Source of the DNA: a virus
Lineage: Duplodnaviria > Caudoviricetes
Direction: 5' to 3' (one strand)
DNA: 64,000 nucleotides
IMG/VR virus record: IMGVR_UViG_3300012952_000022
Span: 5,515-69,514 of that record
Position 1 is the stretch's first letter; each line of letters starts with the position of its first letter. The translations under genes and the position numbers were made by a program. The notes beneath the pieces were generated by a model. It was not told the origin of the DNA, searched no databases, and saw nothing but the letters and a program-made list of their open reading frames with translations. Below, piece by piece: positions 35,682 through 45,800 of the stretch.

Positions 35682-38600
35682 ATGGCGATATTCGGTTTAA
35701 GCAATGAATGGTTTGAGAATTTAACGTTAGAGACCCGTCCTAAGCGCCACTATCTATCTGCGTCATCTGGTAGTAAGTTAGAAACTGGGGTGACGGGCTC
35801 CGTTTATGTGTTTGCTGAGCGGTCTAAGTTTGAAAAAGAGGCACAACCCCTCAAAGCATTCAGCGATACTGGAGTAGATACATTCGGTGACGATTCAGTA
35901 GAAGCATTTCGTACATCGATGATTGCTACTGCATCTCTTATGGATCCTGTACAAATTCAGCAGGTCACAGAGTTAACGTTTAGAACGGAAGATGTAGATG
36001 CCACACTATCCGGTGGCCATGGTACTGCTAATGCTTTTGATTACAGGGATCTTCTTGGGCATTCTTCAAATAAGTACATTGACAAAGCTTTCTTTGACCT
36101 GACAGAAGCATACGGCACCGTACGTAGATTTTATTTTTATGATAGTGACTGGGGCAATTCAAAGCAAAAACCAGATGCTCCTGACAATGGCTCTTTACAC
36201 ATGGTCGATCTTGTCTATCTTAAGACAATCGGGGATCCATCGCTTTCACCAGACATATATGATGTTGAAACAGCACTTGACATGGTTGCTAGTGCAACAT
36301 GTGCTGCTATTGATGAAGTAGATGGGTTTGATGCTGTTTACGAGTCGTCGCCAGATAATTCGGTTGTTACTGTTACAAATGTGCAATACGGCAATTGCGA
36401 ACCGCCAGTCTCTGGAGTGATTACGAATCCCTTTACTGGCGAAACTATATTAGATTTAGATCTAGATGCAGATGGTATAGGTGATCAGGATTTTCCAACG
36501 TTCCCATACAATATCTTTGAAATTGATGTAGCAACGTCTGGATCTGCAACATCTATCAATGTAATGCTAGATCGCTATATGGGAATGGTAAATGATTCAG
36601 AGGTTTCGTCTAGAAAACAAACCGCTGTTTCAATTACACGTTTTGAGCCTTCATTTAAGTTAACAAGCGATACTTTACGAAAAAATGCAATCAAGGATGT
36701 TTTATTTCCTCATTACAGAACGAAGCACCCGAGCCTACATTGGGCATTTAGCAATTATAACACCATTAATTTCTTTACGTCATCATTGGTGCCACCAGAT
36801 TCTGCACTTATCTATCCGTCAATTACGGATGAGACAGTACAGCCGAGTATAATACCCTATAGCCCCTCTGGTTCCTTCACCTTTGAATTCTATATTAATC
36901 CCCGATATACCATTGATGAAGAGGACTCCTATGCCTCAGGTTCATTTGTGGTTAAGGATTGGGAACAACTATTTATTGACTTTCACCAGGGCGGCCGCGG
37001 CGCACATGAATCTCCTATTTTAGATGATTATATTACAGATTCATTAGGCAACCAATACTGGTATGACTCCGATGGTGATCCGTCTGATTGGAAAACCGCT
37101 GTTGACTGGGGGTTTGTAGATGATACGGCAATAGAGGCCGATGGCGGATACGAAAAGGCAGAAAATCTAGTAACAGATAAAGGTGATGAAGCACCGGATT
37201 ATGATTTTAGATCAGGCGATCCAATTATCAAGAATTGCAGAATTATCTGTAACGATGGCGTTTCAAGTGGTGATCAAATATTCGAGTTTGCATCACCTGG
37301 TAATATTCATAATGCTACAGATTGGACTATCGGAAAAAATGAGGTCGGCGATTTTGATAATTACGCCACTGCAGTCAATATTGCTAAGACGATTGACGGA
37401 AATGAGTATTTCAAGAGCTGGACTGAAAAGATAGAGATTATTGACGAAGATGGACAGCAGAATGTAAATGAGGCCGGATTATTATTATGGACCGATGATA
37501 ATGGTCTTAATGAATATACTGTCTTTGAGGCTGTTACAAAAGATTTTCCTGACTGGGATGAGGTGATTGAGGGAGGCCCGGCTACAATAAACAGTTATCA
37601 GGCTACCAATGCAAGCCAGCTTTTGTGGATAGCATCAGCTACTCCCGTTGAGGCGACCCCTGAAGACCTCTTAATTACAGATCCGGCAGACGGGTCATAT
37701 ATCGATAAAACTACTGCTGCTGCTGTTGGGTACGGTGAGGTTATAGGGTGGTCAATCGATGGTGGTGCCTTTGATATTGCTGCTAGTCATGGCTATACAG
37801 GGTATTATAGTAAAGAGACCGGTGAAAATCTAGATGGCACATTAAATGTGGATGGTGATCAATATTGGTATGACACAGCTGTTGACATAACAGATTATAG
37901 AATAGCCGCCGACTGGGGATACGCCGACGATGCTGCGATTGAAACTGCCGTTGAGGTGGGCGCTAGCAATTTATCAATATTTCCTGGTCATGATGATGCT
38001 ACAGAATGGTCAGAACAAGCATGGGCAGACTATAATGGATACGAGCCAGGTTATTTAGACGTCGATGGTGCAACAACTACGTTGTCGTTACCTGATGAGA
38101 CTGAATGGATGGAGTCTGATCATACACCGACAGCAGGTTCGCCGATTGATTATGCAAAGATATTGGTAAAATACTCTGACAATCCTGTATATCCTTCTAC
38201 TCTTGAACAGGTTGATTGGGCTGCCGGCCAGGGCTATGAAGCAGTTATGGCATATGAACCTACATTGGTCTATGGTAAGGTTTGGGTTCAAACCCTAATT
38301 TCAGGCTGGGATGGAAATGTTGGTACAATAGCAATTGATACAACTCAACAAAACCACTTTTCATGGCATGCATGGGAAGAGGTAACCGAATGGGACGATG
38401 GTGCCGGTAATTTAGGCTCTGCTGCTTCATTCGGGTATACAGGGTTTTATAAGCTAGCAGACAACTCAGATGTTGATCCAGTTGATGCAGATCCAAACAG
38501 CGATGGTACGGTCGATGACCCACTAACTTATGGTTCATGGGATGATACTGCATGGGCAGTAGCAAATGGGTATACTGAGTCTTTAGATACTGATGGAGTT

Positions 38601-41234
38601 ACGATACTAACGACCTGGGAATGGGTAAAAAAATATGAGACCGCATCTGGAGTTGATGAAGATGCACGTTTAGCGTTTGCAGACTCAGATGCTAATGAAT
38701 TTAGTTGGGATGCTGCAGGTTTAATCCCTGATGTTTACTCTACTATAGAAGACGAACTTGATTTAGGGGGTGGTAGGGATCACGTAATCGTTGACAGGGA
38801 ACAATCTCATGCTTTCAATGCTGGTACTATCTTGCATATGTCTTCAAGTTATGCGATTAGCTTAGTGACAGGAAGCCATATTGACCCAGGCGGCCATCCA
38901 GACACATTTAGGATTATGCTTCAATTAAGTTCTTCTGCTGATATCCCTCCATCCCATATTCCATATCTTGAAAATGGTGAATATGGTTACAGCCAGTATT
39001 ATGATTATAGCACTGAGACATGGGTGGCAGACCTTGATAGTGATGGGGATGTTGATGAGGATGATTTATTGGTGGCCCTGGATCCAGCTTTAACTGCTGG
39101 TTCAAATAAGATATGGCTATCTTCCGATAATGTACTAAAAAGGAATCACTGGCATCATGTAGTTATCCGATATGGAACCAATTTAATAGATGATGGTAAG
39201 GCACAGATTATTATTGACGGAAATGTTGATACTGAGTTTAATGTTCCTGAAGATCCGGGAGGAGTACTAGAACTCAGCCTTCCACAGGAGTTTGGCGACG
39301 CAACTCCAAGGAAATGGGAGGGCTTAACATACTTTGTTGATACAGATGCCGACGACATCGAAGATACATGGGCATCTATAACTGATTTTAGTGATACTGA
39401 TATTGAGGCAGACCCTGCCGCATTATTTGTTGGTAACTTTTTTGAAGGCAAAAATGGTGCTTCTTATAGCCAGATAACTTCTTATCTGGATGCTGACGGT
39501 AATCCTACAATCGAAGGACAGCATGTGGCCGAAGAGCATGCATGGTATGTGCAGGAAAAAGACTCAGATACCGGAGCTGGCCTATGGCTCAATTCTTCAG
39601 GAATTGAGATATTAGCAGATGATATTCCTACCACAACTGAGGAACCGTTACAAAAAACTGACAATGCATTAAGAAAGATTTATTTTGATGCGTTAGCCTC
39701 ATATACCTTAGACGAAATAGAGTATACACCAATCCTGTCATCATCTCTTCACGCAAATTTATCAGATGCTGAAGCTGAACATGGTGCTGCGTATGTATAT
39801 GATCAAATTCTAACGTTAGATTCGGACGCAACCCAGTACGTTCAAGGCTTTTTTAGCTATGAAGCAGCTGAACGACATGGTATCACATGGGGTCGTCTCG
39901 ATGATGTTGACTCTGAATCCGGATGGACAGCAGATGATCCGGATCCTTTGGAGCCAAACCAGTATCAATTACGGCACCCATTAAATGCTGAGGTTCATGA
40001 ATTAAAAATTTGGAGTGAGTATAGAACATTACCTCAAATTTGGTCAACCCAAAAGGATGGAATTGAAGAATTAGAGGAAACCCTACTGTTTTATCTACCT
40101 CCATTCTTTGTTAAAGAATCCAGAGAACGTGAAGTGATGCTAACCCCATTCCAGACGATGAAATCGACCACAGATGATCCATTCAACGTGGCTATGTCTT
40201 TTGGGGTCGGCGGCCACTTGCTAAACTTAGAAAACTTCTGCAGGGAATTTGTACAGGGTGAGTATCCGTTACTAATGAATCTCACTGGCTCGACAATTGA
40301 TACTACTACTCAGGAAGAAAAAGAAGCAAATGAGTTCCTAAATGAGGATCCATGTATTCGAAAAAGGAATCTTTCTATCCTTCCATGTGATAATGGGTTA
40401 TTTGTACCTGACTTTACAATTCTGGCATCAGGAAGTTATGTCCAGAAGCCAACAGATGAAGATGAAACCTCTAAATTCGTAAATGATTATGGCACAATAG
40501 ACTACGGGCTGGTCACTTTAAGGAATATGGTACCGGAAGAAATGATGTACCCGGGACTTATTGCAATTGATTCTAGTGGAGATGATGATACAAGCAGCGA
40601 TTCAATATTCGCTTCAATCGCCGGCAGCACTCCGGAGAATCCTGGTGTTGCACCAGGCTCAGTATTAGCAATATTGCAGCGTACTAGGGATACATCTTCT
40701 AACGAAGTCGTTTTCTTTGATGTTTCGAATTTATTCTATGGTAGAAAGATTACGCCAAAAACGTTTGAGCTGATTGATCATGATATTACCGGCTCTGGCG
40801 GCAAGGTAAAGATTACACTTAAAGATAATGGGTACGGACTTCTCCATCGGGCGGATGCGGAGACAACCCACCCTCTATGGTCATCAGTTGGTAACATAAT
40901 TTATGAAGAAGGGATTGCAGTCGTACATAGTCCCTGTATCCCTTATTTTGGTAAGGAACAGTTTGAAGTTAATCTCGAAGGAAATCATAATATTCACATC
41001 ATGGAGATATTAATACCATGCCAGCAAGGCCAGATTAACTCTAGTTCGAACCCACGATATGAGTCACTTAAGGCGTCAACATTTGCTAGCGAAGAGGATA
41101 CAGGATTTGTTTACGTTACTGGATTGAACTTTCACGACGAGAACCTTAATATTGTAGCAAGGACTAGTTTAGCTCAGCCAATCATGAAGCGTGATGCTGA
41201 CAACTTGACCTTTAGAGTTAAGGTAGATTTTTAG
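35682..41234 (+). CDS. giant (1850 aa) LamG-containing baseplate/fibre protein
   Basis: Dispersed LamG motifs (SGSFTFEFYINP, NHWHHVVIRY, IIIDG, LFVGNF, AEVHELKIW). C-terminus VYVTGLNFHDENLNIVARTSLAQPIMKRDADNLTFRVKVDF. Confidence 0.7.
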   Translation: MAIFGLSNEWFENLTLETRPKRHYLSASSGSKLETGVTGSVYVFAERSKFEKEAQPLKAFSDTGVDTFGDDSVEAFRTSMIATASLMDPVQIQQVTELTFRTEDVDATLSGGHGTANAFDYRDLLGHSSNKYIDKAFFDLTEAYGTVRRFYFYDSDWGNSKQKPDAPDNGSLHMVDLVYLKTIGDPSLSPDIYDVETALDMVASATCAAIDEVDGFDAVYESSPDNSVVTVTNVQYGNCEPPVSGVITNPFTGETILDLDLDADGIGDQDFPTFPYNIFEIDVATSGSATSINVMLDRYMGMVNDSEVSSRKQTAVSITRFEPSFKLTSDTLRKNAIKDVLFPHYRTKHPSLHWAFSNYNTINFFTSSLVPPDSALIYPSITDETVQPSIIPYSPSGSFTFEFYINPRYTIDEEDSYASGSFVVKDWEQLFIDFHQGGRGAHESPILDDYITDSLGNQYWYDSDGDPSDWKTAVDWGFVDDTAIEADGGYEKAENLVTDKGDEAPDYDFRSGDPIIKNCRIICNDGVSSGDQIFEFASPGNIHNATDWTIGKNEVGDFDNYATAVNIAKTIDGNEYFKSWTEKIEIIDEDGQQNVNEAGLLLWTDDNGLNEYTVFEAVTKDFPDWDEVIEGGPATINSYQATNASQLLWIASATPVEATPEDLLITDPADGSYIDKTTAAAVGYGEVIGWSIDGGAFDIAASHGYTGYYSKETGENLDGTLNVDGDQYWYDTAVDITDYRIAADWGYADDAAIETAVEVGASNLSIFPGHDDATEWSEQAWADYNGYEPGYLDVDGATTTLSLPDETEWMESDHTPTAGSPIDYAKILVKYSDNPVYPSTLEQVDWAAGQGYEAVMAYEPTLVYGKVWVQTLISGWDGNVGTIAIDTTQQNHFSWHAWEEVTEWDDGAGNLGSAASFGYTGFYKLADNSDVDPVDADPNSDGTVDDPLTYGSWDDTAWAVANGYTESLDTDGVTILTTWEWVKKYETASGVDEDARLAFADSDANEFSWDAAGLIPDVYSTIEDELDLGGGRDHVIVDREQSHAFNAGTILHMSSSYAISLVTGSHIDPGGHPDTFRIMLQLSSSADIPPSHIPYLENGEYGYSQYYDYSTETWVADLDSDGDVDEDDLLVALDPALTAGSNKIWLSSDNVLKRNHWHHVVIRYGTNLIDDGKAQIIIDGNVDTEFNVPEDPGGVLELSLPQEFGDATPRKWEGLTYFVDTDADDIEDTWASITDFSDTDIEADPAALFVGNFFEGKNGASYSQITSYLDADGNPTIEGQHVAEEHAWYVQEKDSDTGAGLWLNSSGIEILADDIPTTTEEPLQKTDNALRKIYFDALASYTLDEIEYTPILSSSLHANLSDAEAEHGAAYVYDQILTLDSDATQYVQGFFSYEAAERHGITWGRLDDVDSESGWTADDPDPLEPNQYQLRHPLNAEVHELKIWSEYRTLPQIWSTQKDGIEELEETLLFYLPPFFVKESREREVMLTPFQTMKSTTDDPFNVAMSFGVGGHLLNLENFCREFVQGEYPLLMNLTGSTIDTTTQEEKEANEFLNEDPCIRKRNLSILPCDNGLFVPDFTILASGSYVQKPTDEDETSKFVNDYGTIDYGLVTLRNMVPEEMMYPGLIAIDSSGDDDTSSDSIFASIAGSTPENPGVAPGSVLAILQRTRDTSSNEVVFFDVSNLFYGRKITPKTFELIDHDITGSGGKVKITLKDNGYGLLHRADAETTHPLWSSVGNIIYEEGIAVVHSPCIPYFGKEQFEVNLEGNHNIHIMEILIPCQQGQINSSSNPRYESLKASTFASEEDTGFVYVTGLNFHDENLNIVARTSLAQPIMKRDADNLTFRVKVDF

Positions 41235-41797
41235 TGAGTTATAGTTTAGGATTGGACATTTCAACTAGTTGTACCGGATGGTGTGTAGTGACGCCTGAGG
41301 GGTCCTTTGTTGATATGGGTTATATTCCCCTTAGTAGCAAATTATCGTCCTACCAGAAGGCCCAGATAATGCGAGAGAGGTTGTCTTCACTTCATATTAA
41401 GTACGATATAGAGAAAGTCTTTATAGAAGAAAATCTTCAAGCTTTCAGGCCGGGATTTTCTTCTGCTAAAACATTGTTAACACTAGCTAGATTCAATGGC
41501 ATCGTAGGGTACTTAGCCCAGCAAGAGTTTTATTGTGCGCCAGAATATATTAATGTCAATGTTGCTAGAAAGACCGTGGGACTTAAAATTATCTCGAAGA
41601 AAAAAGGTGGCAAACCCACTAAGGAACAAGTATTAGACTGGGTTGCTGATCAAGTTATTTTCGAGTGGCCTGAAAAGGTACTTAAGTCTGGTCCTCGAAA
41701 GGGGCAAAATATTTTAGAGCCAGGCTGTTTTGACGCTGCTGATGCTTTTGTGATTGCCCGAGCCGGCTCAAAGTTGACTGATCTACAGCAAGATTAG
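41234..41797 (+). CDS. ruvC: RuvC-like Holliday junction resolvase
   Basis: Catalytic pattern SLGLDISTSCTGW / VFIEE / FDAADAFVIA. GTG start overlaps the upstream stop (TAGTG). Confidence 0.85.
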   Translation: MSYSLGLDISTSCTGWCVVTPEGSFVDMGYIPLSSKLSSYQKAQIMRERLSSLHIKYDIEKVFIEENLQAFRPGFSSAKTLLTLARFNGIVGYLAQQEFYCAPEYINVNVARKTVGLKIISKKKGGKPTKEQVLDWVADQVIFEWPEKVLKSGPRKGQNILEPGCFDAADAFVIARAGSKLTDLQQD

Positions 41798-41870
41798 TTG
41801 TAAAATAAAAATTCAACAATATTTTCATCAAAATGAACACTTGTATGTTCACTGGGTATACTATATTAAG

Positions 41871-42845
41871 ATGTCTACTGTGAGCGACAAAGTTAGGTTT
41901 TTGAACAAGGTTTTTGGAACATGTGTAATTGGTTCCGACGGCCTCAATGTAGCTGTGTGCTGCCCTAACCAAAAGTGTGGCTCTTACGGTGTGTCCTCGA
42001 AGAAGAAGCTAACAATTAAAGCAGATAGCGATCAATTTCATTGTTGGGTTTGTGATCTTAGGGGCAGAACATTACATAATTTGTTGCGTAAATACTTCCC
42101 TGGCCATCTTCATGAATATGAAAATAAATTTGCCGGAAAAAGAAAGCTAACTACGATTGATGTGCAGGAAGAAGAGATCGTTATTCCGCCTGAAGGGTTT
42201 AAGCTATTAGCTACCAGTATCTCTTCGAAGGATCCGGATGTACAGAAGACTATTCGGTATGCACGAGAAAGAAACCTAACTAATAGAGACTTTTGGTATT
42301 TTAAGTTAGGAACGTGCACCAAGGGGAAATTTCGTAGGCGTCTCATTATGCCTTCATTTAATGAGGTTGGTGATCTAAATTATTTTGTCGCAAGAACAAT
42401 TGATGACGATGAGAGCAAGATGAAATATCTAAATGCTAAGGTTTCAAAGAAAAATGTTATCTTTAATGAGATAAACATTGACTGGTCTAAAGAGGTTACT
42501 CTAGTTGAAGGGCCAATGGATCTTACGAAATGTGATAGTAATGCAACTTGTTTGTTGGGTTCACACTTCTCAGAAGAGTATGCAATATTTCAAAAAATTA
42601 TAAAGAATAGAACGCCTGTTTTGTTAGCCCTTGATTCTGATATGAATGATAAGACGCAGAAGTATTGTAAGCTATTATCATCTTATGGGATTAAGGTAAG
42701 GGTCTTGGGCCTCGGTCCATTTAGCGATGTAGGGGAGATGAGTAAATTAGAATTTCTACATGCTAAAAAAATGGCCAAACCGTGGAAGTCGACAGATAGA
42801 TTGTATCATCTAATTGACTCGATCAAAAGCGGATCATTGTTATAA
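41871..42845 (+). CDS. dnaG: DnaG-type DNA primase (Zn finger plus TOPRIM)
   Basis: CPNQKC...HCWVC zinc-binding domain; RLIMPSF...YFVAR; TOPRIM motifs LVEGPMD and LALDSD. ATG at 41871 preferred over the TTG at 41841. Confidence 0.88.
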   Translation: MSTVSDKVRFLNKVFGTCVIGSDGLNVAVCCPNQKCGSYGVSSKKKLTIKADSDQFHCWVCDLRGRTLHNLLRKYFPGHLHEYENKFAGKRKLTTIDVQEEEIVIPPEGFKLLATSISSKDPDVQKTIRYARERNLTNRDFWYFKLGTCTKGKFRRRLIMPSFNEVGDLNYFVARTIDDDESKMKYLNAKVSKKNVIFNEINIDWSKEVTLVEGPMDLTKCDSNATCLLGSHFSEEYAIFQKIIKNRTPVLLALDSDMNDKTQKYCKLLSSYGIKVRVLGLGPFSDVGEMSKLEFLHAKKMAKPWKSTDRLYHLIDSIKSGSLL

Positions 42846-42857
42846 GTTGGGAATTGA

Positions 42858-45800
42858 ATGAGTTTTAAGTGTGTCCATATATCAGATATTCATTTTAGAG
42901 GCTTAACCAGGCACGATGAGTATCGAGAATCGTTTCAAGCTTTCTTTGAGAAAGCTAAAAGTTTAGAACCTGATGCAATCTTTGTGGGTGGGGACATTGT
43001 TCACTCAAAGACACAAGGCATTTCACCTGAGCTAATTGATATTTTGAACTGGTGGTTTACCGGATTAGCAGAGATTGCACCTACCCATATCATCTTAGGC
43101 AATCATGACGGCCTAATGATGAATAAGGATAGGCAGGATGCGATTAGCCCTATTATCAATGCTTTAGATAATCCTCGTTTATTCCTATACAAGAAATCTG
43201 GCACATACCCAGTCGGAGTACCTGGGTTTAATTGGGCGGTATTTTCATGTTTTGATATGGATACATGGGATGAAGTTGAGCCAGTACCTGGGGAGATTAA
43301 CATTGCTACATTTCATGGTGGGGTTGAGGGTTCTCATACAGATATCAACTGGAAGATTGAGGGTGAAGTTAACGTAGAGTTCTTTAAGGATTATGAGTTT
43401 ACGTTCTTAGGTGACATTCACAAGCTTCAATATCTTGATCATGAAAAAAGAATCGCATATCCTGGTTCAACTATCCAGCAAAATTATGGAGAAGATCCAG
43501 GAAAGGGTTTTCTATTTTGGGAAATTGAAGATAAAGATAACTTTAGATCAACATTTTACCAGATTCCTCATTCAAAGCCATTTGTTACGATTGATTGGGT
43601 TGACGATGTACAAACTACGCTTGATGAAGCAGAGAAGTATCCGGATGGATCTAGATTTAGGGTCCGAACAAATCAACAATTATCGCAACATGAAATAAAA
43701 CAACTTCACTCAGCTCTTAAAGAGTTCAAGGATGCTACAGAGATTGTCTATAAGAATGATATCGACGTCGAAAATACATCTGTTATTAAGATTGGCGACG
43801 GCGAGCTTTTTAAGGATGATCTACGTGATGCAAAGACACACTCTAAATTAATGAGAGAATATTATTCTGAGATTGATTTAGACGATAGCGAGTGGGATTC
43901 ATTAGACGACTTAATTAACAAGTATGTACCCCAGATATCCAATGGTGATGCTGCTAGAAACGTTAAGTGGTCTGTAAAAAACTTCCGGTTTGATAATACA
44001 TTTTCATACGGGAAGGGGAACTATATTAACTTTGATGACCTCAGTGGTATCATCGGTCTATTCGGTCCTAACCGGTCGGGAAAGTCTTCTATTCCTGGAT
44101 CATTAATGTATACTCTATTCAATACTACGGATAGGGGATCGATTAAAAATCTTCATATTATCAACTCTAGAAAAGGATACTGCCAGGGCTCTGTTGATAT
44201 GTCAATTAATGGGCAATTATATAGAATTGAAAGGCAATCAACGAAGCATGAGACCAGGGCAGGAAAACTTCATGCTGTAACCCATCTTAACTTATTTAAG
44301 ATTGATGAAAATGGGAATGTTACCCAGGATCTCAGTGGCTCGCAACGTACTGAGACTGAGAAGATCATCCGGAAACTAGTGGGAACATCTGATGATTTCT
44401 TATTAACATCAATGGCTAGCCAGGGAGAGATGAATAATTTCATCAAATATAAAGCAACTCAGCGAAAAGCTGTTTTGACAAATTTCTTAAACTTAAACAT
44501 GTTTGAAGAAATGTTGAGTGCTGCGTCTAACGATTCTGCCCATATTAAGGCATTGATTAAGAACGCCCCGGATCATGAATGGGACCACTTAATTATGCAG
44601 TCTAATATGACAATGGGTAGAAAGAGTAATGAGCGTGATGAAATTGATAATGAGTTGTCAATAAAGAGAAAGAAGTTACAAGATCTAACTGTATCATTGG
44701 CAACCCATAAGCATAAAGATATGGTGACGTCAGAAGATGTATCTGAACATCAAAGGAAGCTGCAAAAGTCTAGATCTAGATTAGAAGATTTAGTTGATAG
44801 GCATGCCCAAGCTAGCCATGAGTTTGATGAAATTAATATTAGGGTCGAGAAGATTAACCAGATTAAGGAACAGTTTCCTGTTGATGAATTAAGGGAAAGG
44901 CTTGAGGTTCAGCGAGATCTAGAAAAGACCTTACGGGATCTTGAACACCAACGGGATCTTGAAAAACAGTTATTGGATAGTAAAAAGAAGCTAGCAAAGA
45001 AGCTCGAGCCCTGTGATTGTTTTGAGCACTTACCAACATGCCAATACGTAAAGCAATCTGACAAGCATAATAAGCTTCTTGAGAAACAAAAAGAAAAAGC
45101 AGATGCTTTACTTGACAGTGTCCGAGCTACTAGAAAATCGATTAAGGTATTGGTCAAAGAGGGCCTAGTTGAGAAGTTAGAGAAATATGATTCAATTCTT
45201 GTCAAGGAGTCTGAGCTTAAGATTGAATCGTCTGAGATGGCTGTTAACTTACACTCACTTTCTACAGAGATTACGACTGTAAAGTCACTTATCCTTGAAG
45301 ATGAGAAGTTGCTAAATGATATGAAGCTAAGAATAAGCGATGGTTCTATCGCTGAAGAGGTTAGCTTAATTAAAAAGAAGATTAATGATATTAAGAGAAA
45401 TGTTTCCGAGCTTGACTCGCAGCGAATGAGCCTATCTGAGTCCATTGGCTTGTTAACCTCCGAAGTTGCCAGGCTAGAGAAAGAAAGAGACGAGTTTAAA
45501 GATTTAATGTCTCAATGGAAAATTTATGAATTATTCATGAATGCAGTTTCGAAGAAGGGAATCCCACTCCAGATTATTACATCACAGTTACCAATTATCA
45601 ACTCAGAGATTTCCAAGATTCTTCAGGATGTTGTTGGGTTTACTGTTGAGCTTGAAGCAGAGTCGAATAGCAATGCCATGGATATTTTCATAAACTATGG
45701 AGATTCCCGCCGTATTATTGAATGTGGTTCTGGTATGGAGAAGATGATGGCATCATTAGCCATTCGTGTTGCATTAATTAATATTAGTTCACTTCCAAAA

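Noticed and set aside
1-41234. Tailocin/eCIS or eukaryotic giant virus origin
   Set aside because: Terminase, portal, protease, gp23 capsid and neck genes with SD sequences and intrinsic terminators show a complete tailed bacteriophage.
41798-41870. Sigma70 promoter for the primase block (ttgtaa/ttgtat with tatttt/tatact/tatatt)
   Set aside because: Spacing between the candidate -35 and -10 hexamers is suboptimal or ambiguous in AT-rich DNA; too weak to call.
44909-45445. 178-aa minus-strand ORF
   Set aside because: Ser/Leu/Phe-rich shadow of the Rad50 coiled coil; no RBS or motif.
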